From contig CM119267.1 of assembly GCA_051294375.1 (NCBI GenBank), positions 22,569,486 to 22,633,485 of the forward strand: a stretch of 64,000 nt of DNA, given 5' to 3'. Below the pieces are notes generated by a model. That model had not been told where the DNA came from and did not search any database. It saw only the letters and a program-made list of their open reading frames with translations. The translations under genes and the position numbers were made by a program. Of this stretch, positions 27,340 through 40,102 are shown piece by piece; position 1 is the first letter of the stretch, and every line of letters starts with the position of its first letter. The DNA is from Paraspadella gotoi. Lineage: Eukaryota; Animalia; Chaetognatha.

Positions 27340-29720
27340 TCTCGTTTATATAAAGAATAATCAGAATTTTAGGGAAAAAATCCACGAAATCTCGGGATGT
27401 AAATTTGGGATTTTGTATTGAGAAAAAAGCGCGGAATAATGATGCGATAATAAAAGTTTTTAGAAGGAAAAAAAAAGAGCAGAGAGAGAGGAGAAGAGAG
27501 AGAGAGGGAGAAGGGAGAAGCTGGACAGCCGCTGGACAGCCGCTGGACCGCCGCCTGCAGACTGAACTCACTTTTCCGCGAATATGAGTAGGGACGCAAC
27601 TCTTTTCCTTTCTATAAAAAAATATTTACAAAATAAATATTTGGGGTATACAGCCATATAAGAAATTTTTTGTACATTGAAAGTAACTTAAATGCATAAA
27701 TTTTCGTTTGAGCATGTGTCCCATACTAAATTTTTGATTTCACCCCATTGTAGAGGGGCTACCCCTATTCAGAAGAAAAAAAACTAACTCTTTTCAATAA
27801 TAATGATCCAAAAATTATATCCCTGATTACACAAATATATAGTTGAAATACTCAGTTTAACGACTATGATATTTTTGACTTCCAAATATTTTTTTTACTT
27901 ATCAAAAAAAAAATTATTCTCATTTTAAAAAATTTTAATCTTGAATGAAATTTTTGATTGTTCTTCTTTTTTAGCTGGAAGAAACCAGACCAGATGTCAA
28001 ATTTTATATTTGCATTTTATAATTTATAAAAAGTTATCACAAGTCAAATAATATTATTTAAAAAAAAAGATAAAAATGATTAAATATATACACTAAAAAT
28101 ATTTATAAATTTAATAATAGTATAAATTATCAGAATAACAAAAAAAAGTAATGTTTAATTGACTATATTCTCTTTTATCAACTCCTAGTTTATATTAATT
28201 TGCCCAATAGTGGGCCAACCGGTTCAAAGTTACAATAATAATAAATACAAATTTATTTTTTAAATGTAATGCATAATTGTTCGGCGAAAGTGCTGCATAT
28301 ATAATAAGTCACATTAGCTGCATTTTATGTGACAATGCATGTCAATATAAGTGTATTCTTCACTTTTTTAAAAATGTATCCATGAAAATCTCGGATGTAA
28401 ATTTTGGGATTTGTATGAGAAAAAAGCCCCGAATAAAGTTTTTAGAAAAAAAAACATAATCTAATTTTTTAAAAAAAAGAAGACTTACGCAAAGAAGATC
28501 GTAAAGAGAGAAAGAGGAAGAGAGAGAGAGAGAAAGAGAGACAAAGCTGGACAGCTGACTTGAGCCGCCGTGTACAGTCAGTGCAGAAACTGAACTCCCG
28601 TTTTTTCTGAAATAAAAGAATAAAAGAAAATAAAAGAAATAAAGAAAGGCAAAAATGTTACAATGGTTTTACAATTTGAAATTTTTCAATTTCTTCCAAT
28701 CGCAGCTTGTAAAAGATTTTTTATTTTTATTTGTATTAAAATTAAGATATTAGCTTCTCATTAAAAAGTTATTTTGAGTTCCCATTTTTATTAGAGATTT
28801 AAAAAAATTTTTTGAATTTCATCTTCAAATTTATATACTGCAATATGTAAATTAGATTAAAGCATTTCTATATACTAATTTGGATATGATAGTGCAGCTA
28901 CTATATATCTCATTTGCATAATTGCAAGTAAATCCATAATGAAGTGCGAATTCAAACAAAAAATACTTTACAAATCCAAATGTTGAAATAAAAGGCAAAT
29001 CAAAGCGTATTTACAACGAATGAGACGCAAGTCATATTAAATTGTTTACTTCACTACTATAATGCCACTTTTGGCTGTAAACACTCTGTAGTCATGATAA
29101 TTCAATTCAATAAATTTTTATTTGTAAAAAGACGGATAATGCTCACAGTGCAAACCATTATAAAAGGCGGTAGTATGTTTTTTATAAAGATAAAAAGAAC
29201 GTGACGGACGACGACTACGATCGACAGACGACTTACGTCGACAAAGAAGCCTCCACTCCGACGATGCAATAACGCTACAGTACGTCTCTACGCTCCGAGC
29301 CGTGTGCTAGGCCGAGGGATAATTCCTTCCGTGGATGGCGAAAAGATGACGGGATGCTAATTCGATTCATAGGAAAGGTAAAGCCGAAACGGTACGGCAA
29401 ATCCCGATCTGTTTTCTTGTAGTAACGGAGTGGGTCAGTGCCAGACCGACCTGGTTCACCTATCCCGCCCTCTTCCTCGACTCTTCCCAAGTCCCCTTCC
29501 CTCCCTTGCCTCCTCTCTACCCTCTCTTCCCTCTATCTTTCCCCACCTGAATTAAACAAAATCATTTCTGGCTGCAGCCTTCTCAAGGCAAGTCTCAAGT
29601 CTTATACCATCTTAGACAGCCTTTCGAGAGTGAGGTAGTCCCTCGTTGGAACGAATGCCTTTCAAGTTCAAGTCAACCCGAATGAGATATTCAAGCCGGA
29701 ACGGCTTCGCCGGTCATTTA
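27340..29720 (+). repeat. Dispersed composite repeat family ('ggatgtaaatttgggattttgtattgagaaaaaagcgcggaat...gctggacagccgctg' module plus AT-rich body ending in a hairpin)
   Basis: Module seen at ~27380, ~28390 and ~42180, and reversed at ~49960, ~50560 and ~51290. 28600-29260 is colinear with 42440-43000. Both copies end in the hairpin tatc(a/g)agcc..cggcttcgccgg..ggct(t/c)gata (~29690-29730, ~43003-43040). Confidence 0.7.
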
Positions 29721-30379
29721 GGCTTGATAACAAAACAGGATTAATTGCATTAATTAGTAGGAGCAAAGGCAAATTATCCTTTTATTTGGAACACATGTTT
29801 TCCGATTAGATAGATAATAGGCAATGAACTCTATTTTCTACGTTTGCTTAAACATTATTTGATGATGTCTTTGGATTAATGCGGAGTGCCAATCGATTTG
29901 ATTGCTGAGGATTGTTTTCTTCTCACGCTAGCGATGTCGAGCGTTCGTGTCTTCAGAGTTCCAAATAAGAACACGCGAATCGTATATTTAAACTTTTTAT
30001 TCTCGGTCAAAAAGTCAATGTGAAACTCGTAAATACGGAGTTTCTTCTGGGCGATGAGTTTCTTTACCGAGTTCATATAAATGAGACTAAGAACAAATCA
30101 GGAAATCTCTCTCTTACTTTGAGGAAACGCGCGCGAAAATTGACCAATTTTGGGGACAGAGAGAGAGAAAGATATCAAAAACATAGGGAGGATAAGGCAT
30201 AACATTCAACAATTATTATTATTATAAAAAATCAATTCACGTGATCTTCTTCGCTTTTTTTACTGAATGTTGTATATTGTTTTTCTTAACATGGCTACTA
30301 AAAACATTAGATCACTTAAAAACTAACTGCAAAAAGATTTCGGTATTTGATAATTCGACTGTTATTCATTATGAAAAAG

Positions 30380-31017
30380 AGGGTGGAGTGATGAAAAGAT
30401 TGAGCGATGGAACCATGTTTCTTTACTGCTTTTGTATATATAATAAAATAATTAAGCCTTTTTTCGAAAAAAATTACATAATAGTATCATTAATTTAATT
30501 TTTTTAGTAATATCTTAAAATAAATAATTAATAATAATAATATAATCATAAAAATTTAAATCATATTTTATTTTAATTTTTAAAAACAGTTTTGGATTCA
30601 CAAAAAACTTAAAAACTTTTGTAAAATATGTTACACGATATTATTTAGGGTTAAAGCTGCAAAAAATGATCCAAAAGTTTCATCATATAATAGTTTCTAC
30701 TACAAAGTGTAAAAAAGTGAATAATTTAATTTTTTTTTCCATTTTTAACACTGAAGGTATTAAAATTTATAATAACATATTTTATATTTTTGATCTAACT
30801 TTTTATGAAGAATCAGGAACTTTAATAAAAATTTAAAAAAAAAAATTAAATTTATGATTTTTATAAGGATATTACTATAAATATATTGTAATTAATGATA
30901 CTGTTCCCTAAACAATATAAGCAAAATATTTTTTGTACTCTTTAATCATACTATCTCACGTTTAAATATCCTTATTTGTTCACTCAAATAAAATTTATAT
31001 TCCCCAATGCTCCACTA
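30380..31017. mobile_element. AT-rich MITE-like element with an internal palindrome; second copy at ~35883-36494
   Basis: Both copies begin gggtggagtga(t)..aagattgag and end ...caaataaaa...tgctc(c)act. Internal inverted segments at ~30470-30620 and ~30780-30900. Confidence 0.6.
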
Positions 31018-31702
31018 ATGATTATTTCTTTAAAAACTTAGATTTTCACTTTCTTTTTTTCTTTCTTTCTTTATTTATCTACGACGACGACGAATGAATC
31101 AAATCAATGAGTTGGTGGCTTCACTTTTTCCCGGAAAGAGAGAGAGAGAGAGAGAGACGAAGACGAAGTCGATGAAGAAGAAGACGAAGAAGAAGACGTA
31201 AGTTGACTTCAGTTTGATCATATTTTTAAAAAAATTGAATAATAGTGAGATAATAATAAATAAAAGAAATGTTAGGAATGCATTAAAGATTGAGGTTATG
31301 AATTGTATCTAGAAAATCAGAGACGTCTTAGCTTTAGGGATGACAACGACGACGATGACAACTACGATGACAACGACAATTCTATGATGCAGAGGGAGGA
31401 AGACGAAGGATCGATTCCGGGGCGTCGATCTCTAACTTGCTCTTCCTCCTCCTTCGATCACTCGATCTCTCTCTCTCTCGCTCCTCCTCCTCCTTCTATC
31501 CTATCCTACCCATATAAAAAGGAACCTCACCCTCTCTGTCTCACTCTCTTTCGCAAATTTGACGAAAATTCTTTGACGAAATCGCGATATTTTTTCTCTC
31601 ATATATCTAAATTTAAATCCGACCTCTCGCTCTCCATCTTTCTCGCAATCGAAATTTTTTAATTTCATTTACGTCTGACTCCATCTCCATCTCGCTCTCA
31701 TC

Positions 31703-34700
31703 ATGCCTTTCATTCGTGAGAAGCGCCGCTTTCGTCACGACGTTCTTCCTTACACTTCGCATCGCCCCGTTTCCCCCTCTCGTCCTTTCCCGCCTCCAAC
31801 TGCCAACAACCCGTTGGTGAATGAACTTCTCAACATCATCCGGCCCGTGCTTCCTCGATTCTACCCAAAACGGGACGACTTGCCAAATAAAGTAAGACAA
31901 TGTAACACTTTTTTTTTGCTAAATAATAAATTTCACTACCAATTTTCTTTTTTATTTTTACTATAGATTTTAATAACAAAGTTTTTAATTTAATTTGTAC
32001 AACGATTTTATTTGTAACATAGCAGACATGTTTCGGCTCACAAATTCGAGCCTTCATCAGCGCTTTTACAGTTGTACCATGAATACTATAGATTTTAACT
32101 TTTAACTTTAACTGAATCGTGTTGTCAATCTAAAGCTTTTAAATATTTATTAATACTTACAAAATGAATACGATTTTTTTTGAAAAAGTGTTGATTTTTA
32201 AGAACGTATTTTGATAGAACTCGAAAAAGTTAATTTTTAATAAAATCAAATCCTTTGTTGTATAGTAAACGAGGATATATAAAGTTATATCGTAATAAAT
32301 TAAAGAAATTTAAAGTCTTTCTAAAATTTCGACTATTAGCAACGTATTTTTAGTTGTCTTGAATAAATATTTAAGCAATCATTTTCAAAAAAAATTTACA
32401 TTATACGTCTTGATTAATACATTCAATATTACTTGTCCTTTTTTACATTATTAAATTTTTTTTTGAAATCTTAAATTTTTTGATGGATTCTGATAGAACA
32501 TAAAAAGTTAAACAAGAAATATAATTACAGCTTTTAAAAACTCTTACGTCTTCTATGCGAAAATATAAAAAAACTGATAAAATCATCAAAAGATGATGAT
32601 GATGATTTTTTACGGTTTTTCTTATTTTTGACGCATTTATCATGAAAATATTTAAAAAAGAATTATACTTTGTGTAGACAACTTTTTATGAGCTATCTGA
32701 ATCTGTCTTAAAATTTAAAGATTCAAATTATTATTATTATTTACCATTATTTCCTATCTTCCTACAGCCTAAATCTCCCGAAACGCTTCAAGACGAACAG
32801 ACGGGAAATACGCCGTCTCATCCTCCCTCTCTCTCTTTTCCTCCTCGATTTTACATCCCTCGCATATTCGTGGAGAATTTTACTCAATGGGAAATTAAAG
32901 AATCTACAAATTTTAGTGAAATTCACTTCGCTGGCGTCAGTGCTCACAGGTAACGGGTGACTCACAGAATGGGAACTGACTTACAAAAAAAATTTCTATA
33001 TGAGTATCGATTATTTTATTAAAATATTAAATAAAGTGCTTTATTTTAAGGCCGATGATTACGAAATCAACGTATTTTTTAACATATAATAAACTGGGTT
33101 ATTAGACCATTTCTTTATTGTAAATTGTAACTAAAAATACAATTCAAACTGTTTTATAAAATTCTGATGTTTTCTAACTCTTGAATTCAAAAAATGAATT
33201 CGGCTATTTTAATAAAGAATGATAAAGCTTTTCTTTCAATGTCTATTTTGTTTTTTACTCCTTTTAATTCAAAAATAATAAAAACAGAATTACGTATTTC
33301 GTGAAATTTTAATAAAACGTTTAAATCTCATTTTTTAACACGATAAACATTTGTTTTTATTCGCAGGAAAAACGTTCAATTTCTCCGCAACGAAAAACTG
33401 GAGTTTGACGACGATAAAGGATTTTATAAATATCTTCGAGGAGATCACACCCTTTATAGATATGAAATACTCCAAGTCTTAGGTAAGTTCATTTGGAAAT
33501 TTAAAATTAACATACATGATTAAGGATATATCTCATATAGGCCGCAAGTAGCGTGCCCAAGGCCGTATCCGTTTATTAATTAATTAATTCATACTCTCTT
33601 CCCCCAGGCAAAGGCACGTTCGGCCAAATCTTCGAGGCCTTTGACTACAAGACATCCAAACGCGTCGCCATAAAAATTCTGCGTAAAGAAAAGAACGGCG
33701 TCCTTGCGGCCATCAACGAGGCCACTCGCTTCAAAATCCTGGCCAAAAGTGACCCCAACGACGTCGGCAACATCGTCCGTCTGTTGGACTCTGACCCAGA
33801 GTTCCGAGGTCATCCCATTCTGATCTTCGAACTCCTTGGTCAGAGTCTGCAAAGCCGTCTCGAGGAAGGGGGGTTTCAGGGATTTTCGGAAGAGGTCGCC
33901 AGAAGAATAGCTTTTTCGATGCTCTTGGGGATTAAGCATCTCCATGAAAACCAATTCGTCCACTGCGACCTAAAGCCGGATAATATGGCGCTGAAGGTGA
34001 CGATGGAGGATTGATTGGTTGAATGATTGAATAAACTAATGAATGATTTAATCGTGTATTTTTTAAACTTTTTACGTGATTGATCGAAGGATAAAGTATT
34101 TGATTGATTTATCAAATCGTTTGAATGATAGATTCATCGAGTAATTTACTTACTAAATCATTTTTCACTTTTCACACTAAATAAATTTTTCTAACAATTG
34201 ATCGATCTATTTTTAAATTATTTTCATAGGAAAAAGTTTAAATTGTGACTCAGCAACGAAACATGTCAGTTTATTAAATAAATTCGTTGCTGAGTCACAA
34301 TTTAAACTTTTTCCCATGTCCCAAACGCAACGAAAAGAAAGGAAATTATAACAATATTTTCATGAAATGTATCTTATTCAAAAACTGATTTTTGGTATTG
34401 ACACAATGTATTTTAAAACTAATTTACTCTCTCTCTCTCCTTTCAGCCCAACAACCTCGGACTCAAGATTCTCGATCTCGGATACTCTGTCATTTCCGGA
34501 CAAACTCCGTACGTCCAACTCCAGGCTCGGTACTACCGGTCACTAGAGGTCATTCTCGGCGCCGAATATGACAAGCCGATTGATATGTGGTCATTCGGTT
34601 GCATTTTGGCCGAACTGTTGACCGGTCAGCCTTTGCTGCGCGGCCGCGACGACCTGGACCAATTTGCCGTCATTAGCGAATTGCTGGGAATCATGCCGCG

Positions 34701-35097
34701 TGACCTGTTGATGCGCGGCGAGCGATCGCTTAGCTTCGTGCGCCGCGACGGTACGCCGCGTTATGCGACAAGCTCCTGCCTCTGCGGTGGTAACATCTGC
34801 CGTAGGAATCCGGACGGCACGTGCCATTGCGGTTGCGAGGATTGTGGCTGCGACGGGGAAAAACTCTGCCCTAACGGATACCGGATCCTTCGCCCGAGTT
34901 GGAACGTATTCGGAGATCGTCGCAACCCGCCTGGCTCGAAGGATATCTTCACCGAGTTGATGGGTCGTGCCACTCCGGTCATTATCGACCTCATTCTTCG
35001 CTGCCTGGAATTGGAGCCTCGAAAACGGATCACGATTGACGAGGCTTTGAGTCATTCTTGGTTCCATCAAATGAGCGAAGAAGAAAAGTCGATCTGA
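31703..35097 (+). CDS. Class-2 DYRK-like (DYRK2/3/4 family) protein kinase, divergent; exons 31703-31891, 32768-32949, 33367-33482, 33608-33996, 34447-35097
   Basis: Phase-consistent GT-AG junctions. NAPA-like 'WEIKESTNFSEIHFAG', DH box 'FDDDKGFY...GDH..YRYEIL', GKGTFG, VAIK, 'FELL', HCDLKPDN, 'IDMWSFGCILAELLTG.PL', 'G.PRY' CMGC insert, 'CLELEPRKRIT..EALSHSWF'. Confidence 0.9.
31974..32083 (-). mobile_element. 110-bp Penelope-like pLTR remnant carrying a hammerhead ribozyme, 15-bp TSD
   Basis: Flanked by tactatagattttaa at 31959-31973 and 32084-32098. Lies in kinase intron 1. Confidence 0.8.
32021..32064 (-). ncRNA. Minimal type-I hammerhead ribozyme
   Basis: Minus strand reads agcg CUGAUGA a ggcucg aauuug ugagcc GAAAC AU GUC ugcu: complete core, 6-bp helix II, palindromic ACAUGU helix III, and helix I agcg/ugcu. 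Confidence 0.85.
34228..34354 (+). mobile_element. 127-bp Penelope-like remnant with a 32-bp inverted 5' end and a half hammerhead, 9-bp TSD
   Basis: Perfect inverted arms at 34229-34260 and 34283-34314; GAAACATGTC at 34258-34267 followed by aataaattcgttg; tattttcat at 34219-34227 and 34355-34363. Confidence 0.7.
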
Positions 35098-36614
35098 CAA
35101 CAGGACAAGTTGATGATGTAGCGAAAATATACTGTGAATGTAGTCTTGATAATTAAGATTGTTAATGAACACATTAGTTTTTATCTTTATTATTGACTTT
35201 GCCAAAAGTTGAATATTCTCTCACTCTGATATTTATTCTCATATGTATAATGGCAATAATGATCTCTCAAGACAATGTATATTGTGATTTACTGTTTTAA
35301 TACAATATTTTTTGTATACTAATGTTACTTTGTTATGTACGCCTAAATTTTCGTAGTTATGCTAGTTTACGAATTTTCCAAATTCTCTTGTAGCGAATTT
35401 TTGTTATGTTTCTAGAAAAAATAAAAAAATTAAACACTATTGTTACTGTGAATACTTTCTTAGTTAGGATTTTTGTAATAACTAAAAAAATGTTTGTTTA
35501 AAAACAAGTTTAAGCAAACAATGCACAAAAATATTAATTCCAATCCATCCATCAAATCACGAGTAATTGATGTTTTTTTCTAAGGTGGGACGGACATAAT
35601 ATTTTTTGCATAATTTATATCATGTCAGAACATCGAATTATGATAAGTGACTGCCGCGACAATATTGAGGGGGCGGACCGACGGACCGCAAAGTGAATTA
35701 TAGAGCCGGAATCTGCTGCAAGCAGATCCAGCTAAAAAAAGTGAACAATTTCGAAAAATGTTTATTGAAAAGAAACGTTTGCTTAAAAGACAAAGTGAAA
35801 GATGATAAATAAACAAGTTTGAGCAAACAATGTCGGATCCGATGCCTACGATAATTTAGCGCTAATCACAATGTTTGAGCAGTAGGGTGGAGTGATAAAA
35901 AGATTGAGTGATTGAACATTATTTTTTTGTTGCCTATGGACATATAATTAATAAATTTTAAATCTTTAACAAAATTTTAGCATAATAGTATAGCAAATTC
36001 AATTATTTATGTAGTAATATCCTTATAAAATCGTCAAATTTTAAAATAATTTTTTTTGATTTTTAAGAACTGATTTGGATTCGCTGTAAAAAACTAAAAA
36101 ACTTTTATAAAATGTTATGATATTTTAATGTTTAGATCACAAAAAATGACTTAAAGCGTTTAACATATATAGTTTCTACTACAGAGAATAAAAAAGTCAG
36201 GAATTTTTACCTTTTTTCTTATTTTAAACATTGAAGATGACAGAATTTTTGATAAACATGTTTTATATTTTTGATTCAACTTTTAAAGAATCTGAATCTT
36301 TAAAAGTTTTATAAAAATTATTTTTAAAATTTACTATTTTATATGGATATTACTACAATATTATATATTTTTACTATTGTTCCCGAGATAATATGAACAA
36401 AAATATTTTTTGTATAGTTAATCATACTATCTCACATCTAAATATCATTGTTCGATCATTTCAAATAAAATTTTGTTCTGAGTGCTCACTCTATTGAGCA
36501 GTGCTTAATCTCGACTAATATTAACTCAATCCATATATCAATAGAATATCCTTTATTAAGTATTCAATATCCAATAATCATTGAGAAACGTGCATCAGCA
36601 TGACAGAGATAAGC

Positions 36615-36695
36615 AACAGAGCCAAGATGCAGTAGCAGCAGTAGTAGCGCCGAGATGCAGCAACAGCAGTAGAGCCGAGACGCAGCAACAGCTCA
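36615..36695 (+). repeat. Short degenerate tandem repeat (agagcc.aga.gcag.a.cagc, ~3 copies)
   Basis: Directly visible repeated units of ~24-27 bp. Confidence 0.6.
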
Positions 36696-37914
36696 AAGCT
36701 ACATAAAAGCTTAAAATTAATTAACATATTCAAGTAATTTCACAAATATCATTTAATACCTGATGGTCTCCGAGAAACTCTCAAAATTAAGAATTTACTC
36801 TCCTTTTATATACAAGGACAACATTATAACAACCAATGAGAGGAGAGTTCACATTTTGAGAATAAAATCAAAACATCTACTAGTTATTAATAAACAATGA
36901 AAGACCAGATATTCAAATTCAATGTATAAAATTCAACCAATTAGAGGCTTTAAACATAACTATTGGAGTCATTCAATTAAACTTTAAATTCAGATATTTG
37001 AGTCATTAAAAATAAAAGGTCAGGGCTCAATTAAGATAAAAATCATTATAAACTCTTTAACATCAGTATTCATTTTAGAAGCTGCAAAAGCTCGATTGCT
37101 GATGTTCCTGCCTCAACGTGTGTAATGTGTAATATTAATTAATTAATATTACAATAATAATTATAACATTATTAATACTCATTGAATTGATTAAATGTGA
37201 CCAAAGAATATTCGAGTTTGCGATTAAATTTTACGGCGCTGGAAAACCACGCCCCCCCCATTGGTCAGGGACGAGGCGAGACAACGAATGACTTCGACCA
37301 AGATGCGCCACGCCCACGCCGAATACGAACAGAGTGACCCAAACATTGATCATGATAATGAGGATTACGGTAAATGACGGGACAGTTAAGACTTAATAAG
37401 GATGACGATGTGATATAAGAGATAAATATGATTTGAATAAAAATATATTCAAAAAGTTAATCTCGAAAAAAGAATTGACAAAGGATGAAAAAAAATGGTC
37501 GAATTTACTTCTTGCGATTTTCTATTTTTGAAGCGAATGAAATTGAGTTGAGCCGCGAGCGATGACGTTTATCCCCCTAGGTGGTCTCCGTCTTCTCCTT
37601 ATTTACCTATTTATTTATTTTATTATTTACTTATTTATTCATTATTGTATTCATTTCATAATATTCTATTCTATTTATTTTTTATTTTACTTATTTTATT
37701 CTTTTGTTTGTTTGTTTATTTGTTCACTCTTCATTGAATCTATTCTTTTCATTATCAATACATTCATTTATTCCTCTATTAATATATTCATTCCATTCGT
37801 TCATTAGGATCACTCAACCATCCAGTTTGTTCAATTCAATTCACCTCCCGCGACGAAAGAAATGCTTTTTCGACCTGACATCGTGTTCTCTCTCTCTCGC
37901 TCTCTCGCTCTCTT

Positions 37915-37959
<45 letters not shown>

Positions 37960-38748
37960 CTGTCATCCGCCCGCGATTTTCATTTTCCGCGTCTGAGCGA
38001 AGCGTTTAATCTCTTGCGGTTCATGAGCGGAGAGCGGAATGAAAAAAAAATCATAAATCACGAAATGTGGGGCGGGGCCTCTCTTTTCTCTCACTCTCTC
38101 TCCGCCTCATCCTCTCTATATGTCGACTCTTGTTGCCTTAACCTCTCTTCTTTACCTCTTTGCTTTCTTTTTCTCACCTTCTCCGAGACTTCCTTCTTTA
38201 CACGTAAAGAAATGTAAAGAAAGTAATTACATCCTTTTCTCTCATACCCTACCTCCTATTCCTCTCTCCTCGTCTTTTCTCTTCCTTCTTCTCTCAATCC
38301 CAATTTCCTTTCTTACTTTTCTCCTCTCTCCTTTCCCTTTTGTTTTCTTTTCTCTCACTCTTCGAAACGACCGATGCAACGACGGTGACATATCTCCAAA
38401 TTAAAACAAATTAAAAAAAAAATTAAAACAATAAAAAAAAAAGGGAAAGCTAAATAACGTCAAACTAAAATAAAGAAACACGGCGATAAATTTTAACGGT
38501 GATTGCCTTTGCCAAAGGCTTTGGCTTCGTTTCTGTTGCCCGGAACAAGAAATATTTATAAAAAAAAAAAGTTTCGGTTCCTCCATGCCTTAACCTTAGA
38601 AAAAAAAAATAATAAGAAATAACTTCGCATAAATGCACATCTTGAACAATTATATTTTTCGTTCTAATAGTTCTACATCAAACAATATTTAGTTTAGCAA
38701 TTTAAAAATTAATATCTTCCGTAAAGCGAATTTGCCATTATTACAATA

Positions 38749-40062
38749 TTAGTTTGCCATCGTCGTCGTTGTAGATGTCCGTTCAACATTTTCGAATTGC
38801 ACTGTCTTCCTCGAGCGGGTCTTCCTGACGAGCCGCTTCATTTCTTCTTCAAAGTCTTCGTCGTCGTCGTCATCGTCTGTAAAAATGATTGAGGTGAAAA
38901 GAAAAAGAGAGAAATATGAAAAACTATAATAAATCAAAATGAAATGAATTCTTTAATAAGATGATATTCAGAAATGTTTATATCATTAGAAGTGTTAGAT
39001 TGGTTTAAACCCAAAAAATTTCAGCATAATGTAAATACTTATTTTAAATAGATTAGAAGTGTACAAAACATAGTGATATACAAGATTGGTTTAAACCCAA
39101 AACATTTCAGCTTAATGTAAATACTTATTTTAAATAGATTAGAAGTGTACAAACCATATGTGCAATATAGGATTAAACCCAAAGCATTTCAGCTTTATAT
39201 GATTAGATAATTTAAATACTAAAAGATGAGACCGACAGAACAAAAAATTACTTATAAATTGCTTCGCTAGTAAAAATTTAAAAATTAAAATAATATTTTT
39301 AACTTTATATAATTTTTTTACAATTTAGTTTGATACAGTAAAACAATTAAGTTTGCAATTTTCATAATAATAAAAAATGTTAATCTAAAATAATCTGACC
39401 CAAAATCTGTCTCTGATCCAACATGGCGACTACTTCGTCGACGAGCGACTTGAAGCTCTCCGAGTCGAGGACGAGACACTGCGTCACTTTGAGGGCGACC
39501 ACGGAGAACTTGATGAGACCTGGCTCGATGAGGAACTCTTCGCAGAGGATCTGGAGAGAGAGAGAGAGAGAGAGTGGGTGTGAAACAGTAACAGTACGAA
39601 ACACATTTCCGTTCGTTTTATTAGTGAACTTTTAGTTCAATCAGATTTAATTAGTCTAAATTCCAGTTTCCTTGTCGCTCCGAGACGCTGGGCGAGTTGT
39701 CCTTGACTTGCTACATTCTAGTAATTTTTCGACGTCGCTAACTTACGCTGTAATTTAATTAAATTTTTTTTATTTTAGTTTAAATAATTTCATGCATACC
39801 ATGATAAAACTTGAATCGTTATTGAGTTCATTTTCTCCTTTCGTGGATAATAAATGAAACAAATCAATCATTGTACGAAAGATCGAGCATGACTCCGGCA
39901 TTTCTCAGGCTAATTTTCCCGCCAAAAAGACCGGACGTTAGCGACCTTCGCTTCCGACACGTGAGAAAGTAAAGGAACGAAAGAAAAGATGGACGGTTGG
40001 AGCGGATTGATGGAATCGGGTATTGAATACCGTTAAACTGGAGCTGATGGCTTGAGCTTTTG

Positions 40063-40102
<40 letters not shown>

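Noticed and set aside
29915-29962. Minus-strand CTGAAGA with a cacg/cgtg stem as another hammerhead
   Set aside because: The stem is followed by AGAAGAAAAC with no properly placed GAAA and no helix III or cleavage triplet.
34591-35205. 204-aa minus-strand ORF
   Set aside because: Antisense shadow of the GC-rich last kinase exon with no recognisable motifs.
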